Notes: generated by a model from the sequence alone, not told the origin. DNA of 59,212 nucleotides, filler included, from Sluysia triapertura (GCA_046118255.1; 4 parts of 4 records of this genome joined end to end with filler, not necessarily neighbours in it); one strand, 5' to 3'; positions 12,227 to 26,609 are shown, counted from the whole stretch's first letter. Numbers and translations: made by a program.

Positions 12227-15200
12227 TAATATTTAATATTTAATATTCCTTCATAAATTGGCTTTTTTGTATGAGCCTAAGACAAGTTTAATCTGATTAT
12301 CATGAAGTTGTATGATTAAACTTTTAAATTTCTGAATAAAATTAAAAAATAAAATTAATTAAAACGAGTTCTACACTGAACATAATCATTGCCTGAATTC
12401 ATATTTTAATACTTTTTCTTAAAAAATAAATGGGATTTTAATGTTTTATATTTGTCAAAAAATTTTGTAAAATTTTATACAAATTTACCAACACTTCAAA
12501 AATCTTAATTTTTTTATTTAACTTATTTAATAAATCAAATACTATTTATCTATTCAACTTAACTCATTTTTGATACACATTTTCAATTTTTTTATTTTAA
12601 TAGTTGCAACTTCTAAATAAAATAAAGCCGTTAAAATAATGAGATCATATCACGTGCTCCTTAAAAGTATTAAAAACAGTAACAATTATGGCAAAAATAG
12701 TTCCAGGTGCTAAATACGAATATTATACAGTTAATTTAATTTTTTGTATTTTTGAATTCAGCGGGTAATGGGTTAAATTTATTTTAAACGTATAACAAAA
12801 TGTGAAACTGTTATTAAATACTTTATAAATTCATTAAATTTTCATATTTTATTAATTTTGAATATTTTAATAACTTCTAATACTGAAATAAAAACTTATT
12901 GGCTCATTGATTAACTTAAAATTTCAATACTTAATTTATTGCTTTACAAAATTCTCATAAACTTAACTTCAAAAATTAATAACTTGATAGCTATCAAAAA
13001 ATTTAATACTAAATGTGTGGGATCCACAACTTTAAAAAATCAATTAAAGTATTAAATGCATCTTGGGAATTAAAGGTACTGCAGTGAAAAACGCATCATT
13101 ACAGCGTGAATAATAAAATAATTCCAACGATTGTAAAGTAAAATAAATAAAACATAATAATTGTACCAAGAACCCTAATTCTCTCAAGAAAAGCTTAAAA
13201 TCTGAAAATATGAAAGAAATACTTCAAAATTCACTTAAATTTAAAAAAACTGAAAATAGATTTAAGAAAAATGGGACCGCAGCAGAAAAGAAAAGCTGTG
13301 GATTGAACAGAAGCATTGTATGAATACAAAAATATATAATTTTTGTAAAACAGAAATTAAAAACAATCACTATCATTCATAAATTAACAAAGCAATAAAT
13401 TATATCGCCAAAGAAATAATGTATAATGAAATTAACCATTTTAAGAAAGAAATGTTTAGAATATGATTATATGCATACATTTAATTATAGAGTAAAATTT
13501 GTCATTGTGTTCGTGATACAACTGACAGAATTCATAATGTCTACAAGTTTGCATGAATCGTAAGACTTCGAACAGCAATTGCAACAACTAGGTTTAACTG
13601 AAAAACTTGTAATAATATTATGTAAGAGAAATCCATTTGTTATAGTATAATAGTACTCAAGCATTTGGTGGAACATCGAGGTATATTGGAATTTTAAAAC
13701 GTATTTAATTGTTTTTTTCACGAAATTAAACATTAAATCAAAGAGATTAATTAAATTAAAATTGTTATAGTCTGTTAATAGTACACATAAATATATCTTT
13801 GAATATTGCAAATTGTTTGTGCTTAATATTTTTTATTAACTTCAGTTTTATTTGGAATAGAATAAATTGAGACTAAAAGAATTAAATTTTACAAAAATTT
13901 GTACTTCTACTCTGTAGTGGACCAACTCATAAACCATGAATTTCCACTTCAATATCTCAACGAGCTCGTAATTTACACAGGTTCTTACAAACACACATCT
14001 TACTTAACAAAAAAACAGTACAAATTACCTCATACAATTCAGAAGAACAACAAAAAACTAAACAAATATGCAACTAAACTGTGAAAAGGCAATAAATCAA
14101 ATAAATATTACACCTTTATTACTCCAAACAATAAAAAATTACTCCCCAACTGTTCAAATAAAAAATTTGTCCAAGAACTTCAAATAAACCAGAATCAAAC
14201 CTACACATGGAAAAGAACCTATTTATACCTTAAATATTAAATGGTGTGTTTTGATAAATTAAATTAGGAGATCAAAGTTAGTAATTTGTAATTTCGTTCT
14301 CATGAAATCTTGTTACGAACACTTCAAAACTAAAGTAAAAGACAAATAAGCATTTAATCTTTCTACATATCATATGATTTTCATTATTAAATCGCTAAAC
14401 ACCTCTTATGTTGATAGTAATGATATATGATCATAAAGACTACTAACTTCATTTAAACAAACATTCAGAGATCTCATTTCCAAGATTTCCACATGTAACA
14501 TTTTACAACGTTGCTCTTCAAACTAGTTTAAGTTCAGGCAAATAATCCTACGGATAATTTACAAACCGAAACATTACACATTCAACAGTACCAACTTACA
14601 ACACAAACTAGTAACTCAATCTATTTTCAAACATCTCATATATCTCACCTAAGTACCTTTCAAATTTTACTCCAATTTGCAACCACATTTACAACAATTA
14701 AATGCATTCTATTCAGCAATAACATTAAAAGAAATGAAAATAAAGAACACGCTATCCAAATTGAAGAGCCAATCTGTAGCGAAGTCACTTCTAAAGATTT
14801 AAGGCATTGCTTTCCGTAAGATCATGCATGTGGTATAAAAGAAATAATAAGGAAAAGAATTCCACAGGAATTAAAAGAATAGAAGAAAATTAAATGTAAT
14901 ATAAAGCATTGAAATCACTTTAGATTCTAGAACAAATTAATTTAAATTATGTTTAATTTTTTGTAAGATCGTGTAAGAATTAAGAATTAAGAAAAAGAAA
15001 TAGAATATAGCCAAGCAAAGAACCAACAGCATGTCACGAAATTAGAAATGAGTTCATATTCATTTAGATTTTATATTTAGAACTTGATGTATGATAGCGC
15101 AACATGACTTTTATAAAGGAACTAAACAGAGTAATTTCAAGTAGAATAAAATATTATTAAATAATAATAGAATATTATTATTTAAATAATAAATTATAAA

Positions 15201-15313
15201 TATTTCCATTTATGCATATTTTTATGTATTTGTACATAGTTTTATTTATAGTATTTTTTTCTATTATAATTATATAATAAAAATAAAACTACAACAACAA
15301 CAACAACAACAAC

Positions 15314-15367
<54 letters not shown>

Positions 15368-15467
15368 NNNNNNNNNNNNNNNNNNNNNNNNNNNNNNNNN
15401 NNNNNNNNNNNTTAATTAATTAANNNNNNNNNNNNNNNNNNNNNNNNNNNNNNNNNNNNNNNNNNNN
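15368..15467. other. Assembly gap with artificial TTAATTAATTAA linker
   Basis: 44 N + TTAATTAATTAA (15412-15423) + 44 N; identical structure at two other gaps. Confidence 0.97.
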
Positions 15468-15502
15468 ATTCGTGTACCTATCCTGGTATTGTTTGTAAAT
15501 AC

Positions 15503-15547
15503 ACGGGCCGCATGATTTGCCTCCGCGGGCCGCCACTTTGACACTGA
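15503..15547. mobile_element. hAT (Charlie-like) terminal fragment
   Basis: CGGGCCGCATG...CGCGGGCCGCCACTTTGACAC resembles hAT-Charlie subterminal GCGGCCC motifs and end. Confidence 0.45.
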
Positions 15548-16949
15548 TTTAGACTTTAAAAGGAAGTATGAATGTAATAAATAATACGATATTTATTACA
15601 AGCTCTAAGGAATTGGATAATTTAAATTATATTTTATTCTTAGGAAACGATATTTACTTGTTTTTAAATGAATCGAAGAATACTAACACAATGAACGATT
15701 GCACAATGTTTAAAATTGATTAACACCTCGGATAAATGACCAAATTTAACAATGTTCTTTTAGTAATAATGAGATTTTCCCCGTATAGAACAGTATGATC
15801 GGATAATATAAGATCGTGGACAATATTTAAAATTGCACAATTTTAGGGCAGTTGACGCACTAAAAGGAAAAATAAATCAATCTTTGTTTTATTTTAGCAA
15901 AAATTGCTTATTCAAATTGTTACTTAAATTTTTATTATATTAAAATCTTATTTAAAAATTTCTATTAAGTCATTATTATAATTTGATTAAAATGTTTGGA
16001 ATTTAATGCACCTTGACAGATACTGGATTAAGCAATTTAAAAGTATGCATCCAACAAGTCAGGGGCCGAGATATGTATATGTAACCCCTGCACCATTTAT
16101 TAAGTGGTCTTAAATTATCATTAAATTTGTAAGTAAATATTAAAAAGTCATTAAACAAAATACAATTATTGTAAACTGTTAATTTAATTATTTTATTATA
16201 AGGTTATAAAATTCTGATTTAATTACTGCAAAATTCTTATACATTAATTTACTTAATTGAAATAATATCGTAACTTTCAAAATATTTTTAAAGGTACAAT
16301 AATTAAAATAAAATCTAAGACATGTATTGTACACTAAATTTATTGATTTGTTAAAAAATTGTTTCATAAAATAAAATTTAAATAATAACTAATGTTGATG
16401 CATCATTGAAAATATTACAATCCATACGCTAAAATGACATTCAGATATACAAGAACACAATAAATGAAAAATTGTTAATCATCGAAATGTAATAATAAAT
16501 ACAAAAGACAATTATATACTTTTGAATGAATCTTCTCGTGACAAACATGACGTATAACCGCGTTATGCATACACAAATTTGAACCAATTTGATGTGAGTG
16601 GTTGATGATTAAAGAATTCACTTTTAGAAGGGTTTCACTGGAAAAGTTTGCATTATATACTAAATGATGAGTTCTGTTATTGGACTAAGTTATATTTTAT
16701 TGATATAATTTAATCAGCTACATTTATTTATTATAATATAATGAAATTCTATCTTGATTATTCTTATTGAGTTAGAAAATTTATGAAATCTGATAAGAAG
16801 AAAATTAAGACAACAACTTATAAATGTATTATTAGAACTAATTTTGTAAATTTTGAAAAAAGGTTTGTAAACATATAATTTTATTAGATATAAATATAAT
16901 CATAAATGTAATGCATAAATATACGAAATATAAGAATATTATTTACTTT

Positions 16950-17321
16950 TAAAGAAAATTTTCTGTACGATAGTTCTTGTGTTGAGAATTTAGTCTGAGA
17001 TAAGTCAACTAATGAATACAACGATACAAAGATTTAAACCAGTTTACGCCATCTGTGCACATATGGACAAGATTTACCATTCTTGATGCATTGTCCTATT
17101 GTTGAGATTCCAAATGGGCATAATACTGATTTGAAAAAAATATAATTACCGTCACCTTGACTTATATGAAATTTTCCATAATGATCACTTGTCACATTAA
17201 GTGCTCTAAAATGGGTATGACTAACAGATGCAACTTGATTAAAACTAATTGGTCGAATAGGAATATTAGATGCTTGTGTAACATTCGGGACTGAATAGCC
17301 TGTTCGTGCTAGGTTTATTAC
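16950..17321 (-). pseudogene. CCCH zinc-finger RNA-binding protein fragment (TIS11/ZFP36-like), apparently decayed
   Basis: Open frame 17037-17321 ends in FFKSVLCPFGISTIGQCIKNGKSCPYVH (C-x9-C-x6-C-x3-H). About 50 bp downstream LRLNSQHKNYRTE resembles the ZFP36 linker/lead-in (LRSLTRHPKYKTE), but it is followed by stops. Confidence 0.6.
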
Positions 17322-20300
17322 TTAACCCTTATTAAGTGAGTGTGTTTCTTGAAGTTTCTGATTCTGTGAATTTTTCAATGACTTTAGGAGTCTTCAAACT
17401 ATTGTATAATGTTAAGGTAATTAAACTTGAAATTGTTAAATTTGAAATCTGTTTTGTAAAATGATTAAAGAAAATTTATGAGTTGGAATAAAATGAACTT
17501 TCATAAAATGAGAAAAAGAGAGAATAATAATTAAAAGAGAGATTTGGTGACGTTAAAAGTGTTAAAAGAAATTCTATTTAGATTATTATTATGTTTAAAT
17601 TTAAATTACAATTTTAATGATTTTTGATGGAATGAATGGTTTAGATGTTGTAAAATTGTGATATGTTGTATTGCAATTTTGAATGATAAGGTTGAGATAA
17701 TTGATAGAATGGATGCAGTGATTTCATTTTTATAATATTTTTGTCATTGTTTTTAAGCTACTAATTTAAAAAAGTGATTCTGCTGATTTGGTTTGTGAAT
17801 TAGTTAATTGTAAGCTAACAATTATGAATGGATGCATTGAGATTGGTTTGTTAGCCAATGGAAATCAATCGATTTTGTTGCTATATTGCTTTAAAATAAT
17901 GTTTTGAAATTTTAACAATTAAAAAACTCATTTGTTGATAGTAATATAAAATCTAACTAATGAAAAACTGTCAAGAATGACAGTTAAAATATTGTCACTA
18001 ACAACAATAATTAACAATGATAATAATAATGATGATAAAAGTAATATTGTAAATAATAATAATAATAAAATTACATCAATTTCTTTTCTTTGAAATTACT
18101 ATTCTTTGTTTTTCTTAAAATACATCTTCTTTTCTAACTTATGTTCTTTCTCTTTTCAGTAGCTTGAAGTATGAATTATTTAGTTCATTGAGTTCAATGT
18201 GATGAGAAAAATAAAATAAAAGATAAAAATAAAATTATAAAGGAGAATCCTGAGAGTATTACATAGTACGAGGTGTTATAAGAAAAACCATTATTTTTAA
18301 TATTTTGTAATTTAAAATGTAAATTTAATTCATTTTAAATGTAATTCATGGTTTTGATGTTGTATAATTATAAACTTTAGTATATTATGATGTATTAAAA
18401 TTTTGAATGATAAAGTTTGAATCTTAGTTTCTGATAATAACGTGAACTTCTTAACAATATCTTTACTTTATATTATTACTTGAATTTATTTGAAGGTACA
18501 AACTTTATCAATGTAAATTCCCTCTATTAATTTCTTATGTAAGTAGTATTTATACTTTATTACGTTTATCTTATCTGGAAGTGTGAATTCGAATTCTCGT
18601 CTCACTTGTTCGAGATAGAAGTGCTTTTTCCTTATGTGTTTATAATTTTGAGTGAATATCACACTATAAAAGTTAATTCGCTTTAAAAGAAAATGTTAAT
18701 TGTCGAATTATTTATCTATTTTCGATTATTGTTATTGTATTTTTATTACACGATAATCAGAATTATAATATTTTTGTTATAATTAATATTGTATTATTTG
18801 ATATGCTATAATAAAGCGATATAGTGAACTACTTAACTAAAATTATAACTAATATAACTAATCAAATTTTATATATCTTCGAAAAATTATTTTATACAGT
18901 TGAAAAATAATTAAAATAAAATTTCTCAGTCGTATAAATACTGAGAAGTATTAGCAAGGGCACAAAATTTTAAAAACCTTTACGACAATGATTTATATAA
19001 AAATTATATTTTCTCACTGTTCAAATATTTGTTTCTTAGGGTTCACCTATTATCTACGATTTATGGCCGAAATAATGTGGAGTTATTAAGAAAGTTATAA
19101 TTAAAATTAAAATTCAAAATGTACTTATGGTCTTTAATAATATTTACTCGTAAAATGGTTATATTATCAAAATTTTTAATTAACATGTTTTTACGAAATT
19201 GTATTAAAATCATACAGTTAGACATTTTCAAAAATCTACCACAAAACTTTATTGAAAGCTTAAAAACACCACAGCATATTTAAATATAAAATATAAAATA
19301 TTGTTCCACATCTTTCAGGATCTATAGAGCTCCACGCGACGGATCAACCACTATAGAGTAATCCATGAGCAATTCTTTCTTTCCATCAACATGAATTACA
19401 ATTACACTTTATTATCGAAATCTATGACATGAATTTTTGCTTTCCGAATCTTTTTATGACTATCTGTATTATTCATAAATTCAGACAAGTAAAATTGATA
19501 TGATATATAATACTATTTATAAATTCATTCGTATGTTCCATATCATTAATTAATTAATTATTAATTTCTTTTCTTCATCTGGTTCTCGACCTCACATTAT
19601 GATTAGTGAGGTTGATAATAGTTCTCAACCAGCTAAAAGGGACCGCACTACGACAAACATCCTAAAAGATATTGGCTTTATTAAGATCGCTTTCGTTAAG
19701 GAAATCCTTTATTGCTTGCTACAATGGTTACAAGCCAAATGAGTATTCTGAGACATATCGGGAAAATCGATATGTTAAAAGCAAATAAAAGTAATTTTCC
19801 GTTTACTGAAAAGCACGGAGCAAGCATCGAGCAAGGTTAGGTCTGCTTTAGCGTTTTTAAATATATGATCGCTAAATAAATAGGTACTGTTTATTTGAGC
19901 TGTGTTGGTTACTTTTGATTCTAATCTTCAAGGTCTTTTGTGTTATTATTATTGTTAACTCTATTTACTAATTTTAATTACAATTCAGACAAAGTAAGAA
20001 GTACCAAGACATAAATTCGAAAGTTGAAGGCTTGAAGGATAATATAACGGTTTGTTTATTTTACTAATAATAATAATAGTAATAATTTAATATGAAAAAT
20101 TTATTGTGGTATATTATCGATTGTGCTATTAATGCAAATATAATTTACTTTTCATTTTAGAGTGCCTCTGACAATGATAGTTCTATAAAATTAGGTTAGG
20201 TTGGTATATCGATGTGTTTGGTGTTGTGCATTGTGAATTTTTCCATTTATTTCTTTGTTCAGGATTATAGTTTAACACTCCAGTTTATTTGTTTACTGAA

Positions 20301-20914
20301 TATTTGTCAGTAGCATCTTAACAATTATATTTGATTGCATGTTTTATTTATTTTGTGACTTATTCTACGTAATTTGTTTATATATAAAACATTTTTTCTT
20401 AGTTCCTCTATGATCTTTGCAGAATTTCTTTCTTATTGATACTCTTAAATTCTCGACAAGTTACGTTGTGTAATTTTTGAATGCGAAAGACATTGGTTAA
20501 GTTTTCCTGAAAATGGGACCCAGCGTGATGTTTCAGGATGATTTTAATTTAAATAAGCACAATTAGCTTTAAATTACAATACAATCTGTTATACTTTCAT
20601 TGTCAAAGCATTCTGACTGTTACTGACTAACAAGATTCTGGTTGTGATTCATTTTCATCAATCATCCATTTAAAAGATTTTATTAGCGATTATCAAAGCA
20701 GTTCTTATTGGTCGCACAATATTATCAATGAGAATGACTTAAAATAATGAAAATAAGTTAAATTAAGAATGTTCATTGTGAGAGAAACACATTTAAATTT
20801 TAAATGAAGTTCACAAATAGTTGAAAAAAAATAAGACATGCACAGAAAAATACGACAGATAATTAGACTATGTGTTAGAAATTATCTAACATCATTCTCT
20901 ACTTTGTAAAAGTA

Positions 20915-21000
20915 GGGCACCCTAAATAAGCCTTAATGTGTCATCTTTTGGAGTGAAAATTAATAGAAACCATGTCTTATTTTCGGGGAAATACGGTGTA
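20915..21000 (-). mobile_element. TcMar pogo/Tc2-type non-autonomous element end
   Basis: Minus strand reads CCGTATTTCCCCGAAAATAAGAC, a typical Tc2/pogo-type terminal repeat, followed by a GGCTTATTT internal motif. Confidence 0.5.
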
Positions 21001-21620
21001 ACAGATAATTTCACCTTTATTAATATTACAAATTCTGCTAGATTAAGATTAAGAGGTCCGGACTCAATGTACTATCGTGGAGTGCAGCAAAACCACAAAA
21101 GATTGTTATTTTTAGATGCTTGGAAAATAACAAGCAAACAGAGTTTCACTTTTGACAGTAGAGAAATAATCACCATATCGACTTGCACATTTTTTTCGTA
21201 TTATCAAAATTTTTTCAGTGAGAGCTCGATGTATTACCAAGTAAATATTGACTCTAGTTCTGAGTAGCACTTATGGAGGACTATCTCTAAACAGAGGTTT
21301 GATGACCCAGCATCCTGAAGTGATTAAATAATCATACTTTTCCTGAAAACTTTTACACTAAAATTTAGATTATTATTATTATTAATATTATTATTATTAC
21401 TATTACTATTATTATTATTATTATTCACTAAATTTGTTTTATTATCTCAAGTTAGTGCTTATAATTTTTTCAAATGAATATACTACTGATTTTTGTATGT
21501 TTTAGCTCATACTCTACTATTTTTATACAGGAAATATTAAATACTTTTTATTTGAGTGTTGCTTTTTTATATTTGTTTTATTTAGATTTAATGTTATTAT
21601 AACTATTTTTTCTTTATATA

Positions 21621-22395
21621 CAGGGTGTCAAAAAAAATAAAAATTAGATATCAAAAACGACAAATTTAATAGGTATATTTAGTATTTACAAATGTTCAAA
21701 ATGTCCACACCTTGAACTTCAATACAAGCACGACATCTTTTGATGACACTGCGACATACTTTCTGGCAAGTTTCCTCTGAAATATGGTTCAATTCGTGCT
21801 GAATACTTTGTTGATAAATTGTCCTAGGCGTTATTTAGAGCGCCCATAGAAAAAAATCAGGCGGTGTCAGATCCAGGTCCTCGGCGGCCAATCCAATCTT
21901 CAGGAAATGTTTCATCAAGCCATTGTCGAAATCTTTGGTGTAGTGCGCAGGTGCTCTATCTTGTTAAAAATGAAGATCACCGAAATGGAGTAACTCATTA
22001 ACTCATTTTAGTGTTCAGTATATCAAGGCAACTTTCACCATTTACAGTTCCTTCAAAGAAGAATGGGCCAACTAGGCCAGTGCTGCCGATTCCAGGAACA
22101 TTAACTTCCGTTTCAATAATATGATGGGATTCTCACTGCCCCAATAAACACAATTGTCTGTTAATAAGCCCATTCAGTTTGAAGCAAGCTTCATCACTCC
22201 ATAAGACGCAATCTGGGAAATGTGGTGATTCTTCACAAATTGTACCAAATTCTAATCGTTTATTCGGGTCATCTTCATTTAGGAAATGAATAGTAGCAAA
22301 GATAACATAAAATGACATAAAAGAAAAAATTACATTTCTCGTTTTTATCTAATTTTTATTTAAGTTTGAGGTTCGGTTACTTTTGGGACATCCTG
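21621..22395 (-). mobile_element. Internally deleted Tc1/mariner element (CAGGGTGTC TIR family)
   Basis: TA|CAGGGTGTC...GACATCCTG|TA termini. Minus-strand transposase pieces WSDEACFKLNG, F*QDRAPAHY and WPPR..DLTPPDFF. Confidence 0.88.
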
Positions 22396-22775
22396 TATGT
22401 ATTAAGGTCATTATTAATATCTCTCTTTCAGGACATTCGGAAATAGTTTTTATGTTTATTCAATAAGAATGATTATGATAAAATATGAATTGTCAACTTG
22501 TGGATGTGGTACAGATTGAAAGTAGCCAATAGTGATGTTGAGAAAGAAGTTGGTGCTTTAAATGTACTTCACGATATCGCTGATTCAATTGTGAAACATA
22601 AGCTAAATAACATTCCATGCATTTAAATGTGATTACCATTTGAATTTAATGTTAGCTTAACTGCAAAAGAATCTCAAACATCATATGACAGCTCTGAAAT
22701 TCTGATACCTGCTCAGAGTCTTAAACAATGAATTAACTACAATAAAGAAATATAAGGGAAAAACAATCTAATATT

Positions 22776-23935
22776 CATTCTTTGACTTGGCCTTGTTCAG
22801 TCTGTTATTGTTGAATTTGTTATGGCCTGTGTGGAAGAACGTATTTCAATTGTGTGTCCAGATTGTTGCTATTGGAGATTATGTATTACCTTTGCTCACA
22901 CCGTGAACTGGAAAATTAGCACTAGAAAAGAATGATAAAGTAAAAATTAACATTTTTCTGAAGATTGTGTTAGTTTTCTTTTTTTAATGTGTCTTGTTTT
23001 GAAAGAAGATATTTTACATCAGGTCGTGCATAAAGTTAGTTGCATATTTTGTATTAATGTTGATTGGTATCATATTTAAATTGTAAAACTAAAAGTAATT
23101 TAAAGTCTGATAATGATGATCGTGTTTTACACAAGTATGAACTTTTTAAATGTCACAGATATTGAATTGTGAAATGTTTCAAAAGTCCATAATCATAGAT
23201 TATTTGATGTTTTGATAGGTTTCTATGATAATTATTTACTTATGAAAAAGTTTGAAGTTATTTATTACTAAAATGTTACTAAATCAGATTTGAAAGTCAA
23301 GACAAAGTCACTATTTTATCGTAAATCTCCTCACAATTGCAATTTGTTCGACATCCCATTGCTACAAAATCGTAAATCAATGCCATTTTACTGTACTTTC
23401 TTGTCATACTTTTATATTTGTAACACACCTATACACACATGTACAAGGATGTGTTCTTTAAATAAGTTAATTGTAAAGTGTCGCACAATTTTATTGAAAA
23501 GATTTATGAAAGCATAACTAAAAGAAAACATTTCAGATTCAGATCTTGTTTTCTCGATACATCAAGTTGTCCTCGATATAAGTGATTCTTTCAATTCAAA
23601 GAGGCCTTTAGTAGTAGTAGTAGTAGTAGTAGTAGTATTCTTAGAGCCAATAATCGCAGTATTGACATGAAGTCAATCATTGTAATGATCTGTTTAGTAT
23701 ATGAATCGAATGTTTTAGGGCTTATCATTGCACAATCTCAAACGTATTCTTTTATTGTTTTTGAATTTATAAAGATTTTTCGAATTCATTTAACGCACGA
23801 ACCTGGATAAGTTTTATTGCCTGTGCATTTTGCTTACTATTAGAACTAATTGTAGATACACTTGTAGTGCACGATAATTTGATTTTGGCTCGTGTATAAC
23901 ATTAGAATTGGATGGGCGATTTTGTTTGTGTGTGA
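22776..23935 (+). pseudogene. Decayed NSD/MES-4-like tandem PHD fingers plus PWWP-like segment
   Basis: Manual translation gives, in order: WPCSVCYC*ICYGLCGRTYFNCV (~22788); FSEDCVS; CLVLKED..VSCIFCINVDWYH (~22988); SPHNCNL..GCVL..LIVKCR (~23330); ECFRAYHC (~23708); CAFC..HDNLILARV*H*NW...VC (~23820-23930). Many stops and frameshifts. Confidence 0.45.
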
Positions 23936-24150
23936 GTGATAGGGAATGACTAAATCAACTACGAAGTTAACATGGTTATTTACATTCATCGTTAACAGAC
24001 AATTCATATCACTTAATTATTATCTAGAAAATATCGCGGAACAAACGTAAACATCAATAAAACATGAAAAATAATCGTAAACAAGGCAAAAAATGGTATA
24101 TTGGAACATACCATAATATTTAAAGAACCGTTGTGTTAGACTTCATAAAA

Positions 24151-24222
24151 TGGACTGACCTGGGATCGAACCCGGGACTTCTCGCTGCGCAGTTCGATGC
24201 TCTACCACTGAGATATCAGCCC
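24151..24222 (-). tRNA. tRNA-like sequence (tRNA-Ala-like) with a defective anticodon arm; pseudo-tRNA inside a dispersed repeat
   Basis: 72 nt; 7-bp acceptor stem GGGCTGA/TCAGTCC plus discriminator A, A-box CTCAGTGGTAGAGC, T-arm CCGGG-TTCGATC-CCAGG. Anticodon stem TCGAA/GCGAG does not pair in register. Confidence 0.65.
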
Positions 24223-25435
24223 CGTCTAACAATTTTTAGATTACTATAGTCCAACATACTATATAGCACTTTAGGTCTGTATCCCAACATTGGTACTATT
24301 TGTATGAAATTCTATGTAGAAGTAAGAACAATATTTGTAAGGTAAAGATAAACTAAGAGTGTCATATTTAGTTTTAGTGTCACAAGATGAGTCAAAAGTG
24401 CTCACGATAACAAGCAATCAAAGTTGAAAAATAGATATTGTTATCAACCTGTCCTAAACTTAATAATAATGATAAAATTAAGATGCAAACTGATTGAGTC
24501 ATTTGAATCTAAATTAAATAGGTAATGTCTCATTTAAACGAATAGTTTATTTTGTCATTGTAGAAGTTCCTCCTGAGCAGTAATCTAATTAGTACTCGTA
24601 ATAATCCAATTCCAGCTTACCCACCACCTCCGAAAACCGACACATGTAATAACTCAGATATTGATCGTAAAATTAATACTAAAATTAAAATAGACGATGA
24701 TGACGATGATGCACAATCTGCGTAATTTGAATTTTCTTTGCCAATCATTAAATCTTGCGAATTTTGTTTAACATGGCTTTAATATCTTGTGTAAAATTGA
24801 TAGAATAAGTAAAGAAATAGAAAATAATCTGTTTGTATTAGGAAAATAATTTTGACAATATGATTTTAAGAGTGTGGAATAAGATTTTCATAGCAATAAA
24901 GTTTTGAATATGTCTTAACTGTAAGATTCTGTTATTTGCTGTGCAATCCTGAAACAATTACAAAGACACTTAATATTTGGACTCGTTCATTGCACCAACG
25001 ACTCTTTGAAAACTTTACTAATCAGAATGTGATCAAGAACACGTACTTAAAGGTACGTACTGAGTTTCAAGAAGGCTTTGTTGAGTAACGTTTATTTAAC
25101 TAACCGTCGATTCCTTATGAATATTAATGAACACGTTTACATGACATTCAATTTAGCTAATTTAAAATTTTGTGTCTGATGAAAAATTTCTTCCAAATTG
25201 ATATTAAAGCTGTGTCAATAAAAATGTGCAAGATTTAATGATTACAAAATGATCGTACATTTATTAAAAAGAATGTGATTTTGTATTATAATTGCCTAAT
25301 TTTTTAATAACTATCGTAATTAACAATTATTGTCTTTGAATGATACTTTTTGTAATATTTTTAGATCTACTTTTTAAAAAATATTGTTTTAATCAGTCGT
25401 TTTGAACTGAGATTTGAAAATTTTTAAAAAGTATT

Positions 25436-25783
25436 TTGTGGCTTACTCAATGTTTTGAATTTAATTGTTTAGAAAGTGATAAAATGATAGAAATGTATCG
25501 ATATCTATTAACTTTGGAAGAAAAATTTGATACATTTAAGTGCTCTTTATCAAATCTTGAATGTTTTATGAATTTTGATATGGATATAATCGAATTTGTT
25601 ACGATTTATAAAGGCATTTTTGTTCAGATAAAACTTTTAAAGCGAAATGACAGTGATTTGATTGAAATTGTTACTGATCCCTTTATCGATTTATTTATTA
25701 CGAATGATGTTAGTCATGACAAAATAAAAGATATTTTATTAAACGATATACCTACTAAGATTGATGAAATGTATTTTACATAA
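25436..25783 (+). CDS. Hypothetical terminal exon of an unidentified gene
   Basis: 115-codon open frame with globular-protein composition in very AT-rich DNA. Exon-like open segments lie upstream (~24563-24721, ~24910-25087). No family recognised. Confidence 0.35.
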   Translation: MWLTQCFEFNCLESDKMIEMYRYLLTLEEKFDTFKCSLSNLECFMNFDMDIIEFVTIYKGIFVQIKLLKRNDSDLIEIVTDPFIDLFITNDVSHDKIKDILLNDIPTKIDEMYFT

Positions 25784-26609
25784 ATTTATTTCTTTTCTAT
25801 ACTTTATAAAATTAATTGTCATGGTTGAGAAATTTGTAGAATAAATTAAGTTGTTAGTTAATAATTCATTAATTTGGTATCTTGACATAATGTGTGCAAG
25901 AAAAGTGGATCATGAAAATTTTGCCTAGTTTAGTCTATGTTAATGTGGTTATTTTTATACAGATCTGCAATTTTTGTTTCTTAGCAATTGGAATTATAAC
26001 ACGTAAATAAAATGTTTAAATCTGAAATTCAGACATACATATTTAGAAATCATAACTATTCACAACACGTTATCGAATAGCGAATCTCAGTGAATTCATA
26101 TCAAGTTTTTGGAATATTGTCTTCAAACTGTATTATCAGATATTTCTGTTATGATCGAGCTTTTTATATTCAATATGAATGATTGTATCTGTCCGTTGTC
26201 ATTTTCAATGATTCAATACAATGAAGTTTTATGATCAAAAATTATTTGCAAATGATTTTAAAGTAGTGAAGATGTTATTATAGGATTTTAGCATTAAAAT
26301 GAAGTTTAATATCAAAAAAGGGGCTTTGCTTAAAATATGGTACTATCAAATTTGATTATACTCTTAAATTATTCCTCTTAGCACAATTCTTTTACTAAAT
26401 AACTCGTTAAATTTAATTCGTAACGTAATAAATTATTCTCAGTTAATTCTGCAAAATGATTTCATTTTCCCACTACCTTCATTTATTATGACTTGGTTTA
26501 GATATTAAGAGGTCTGAAGTGCAATAAAAGTAGTTTTTTATTGATCGATATACAATACGTAAAATGACAAATAGATTACTTAATAATATATTAATTTATA
26601 TTGCAAAGT

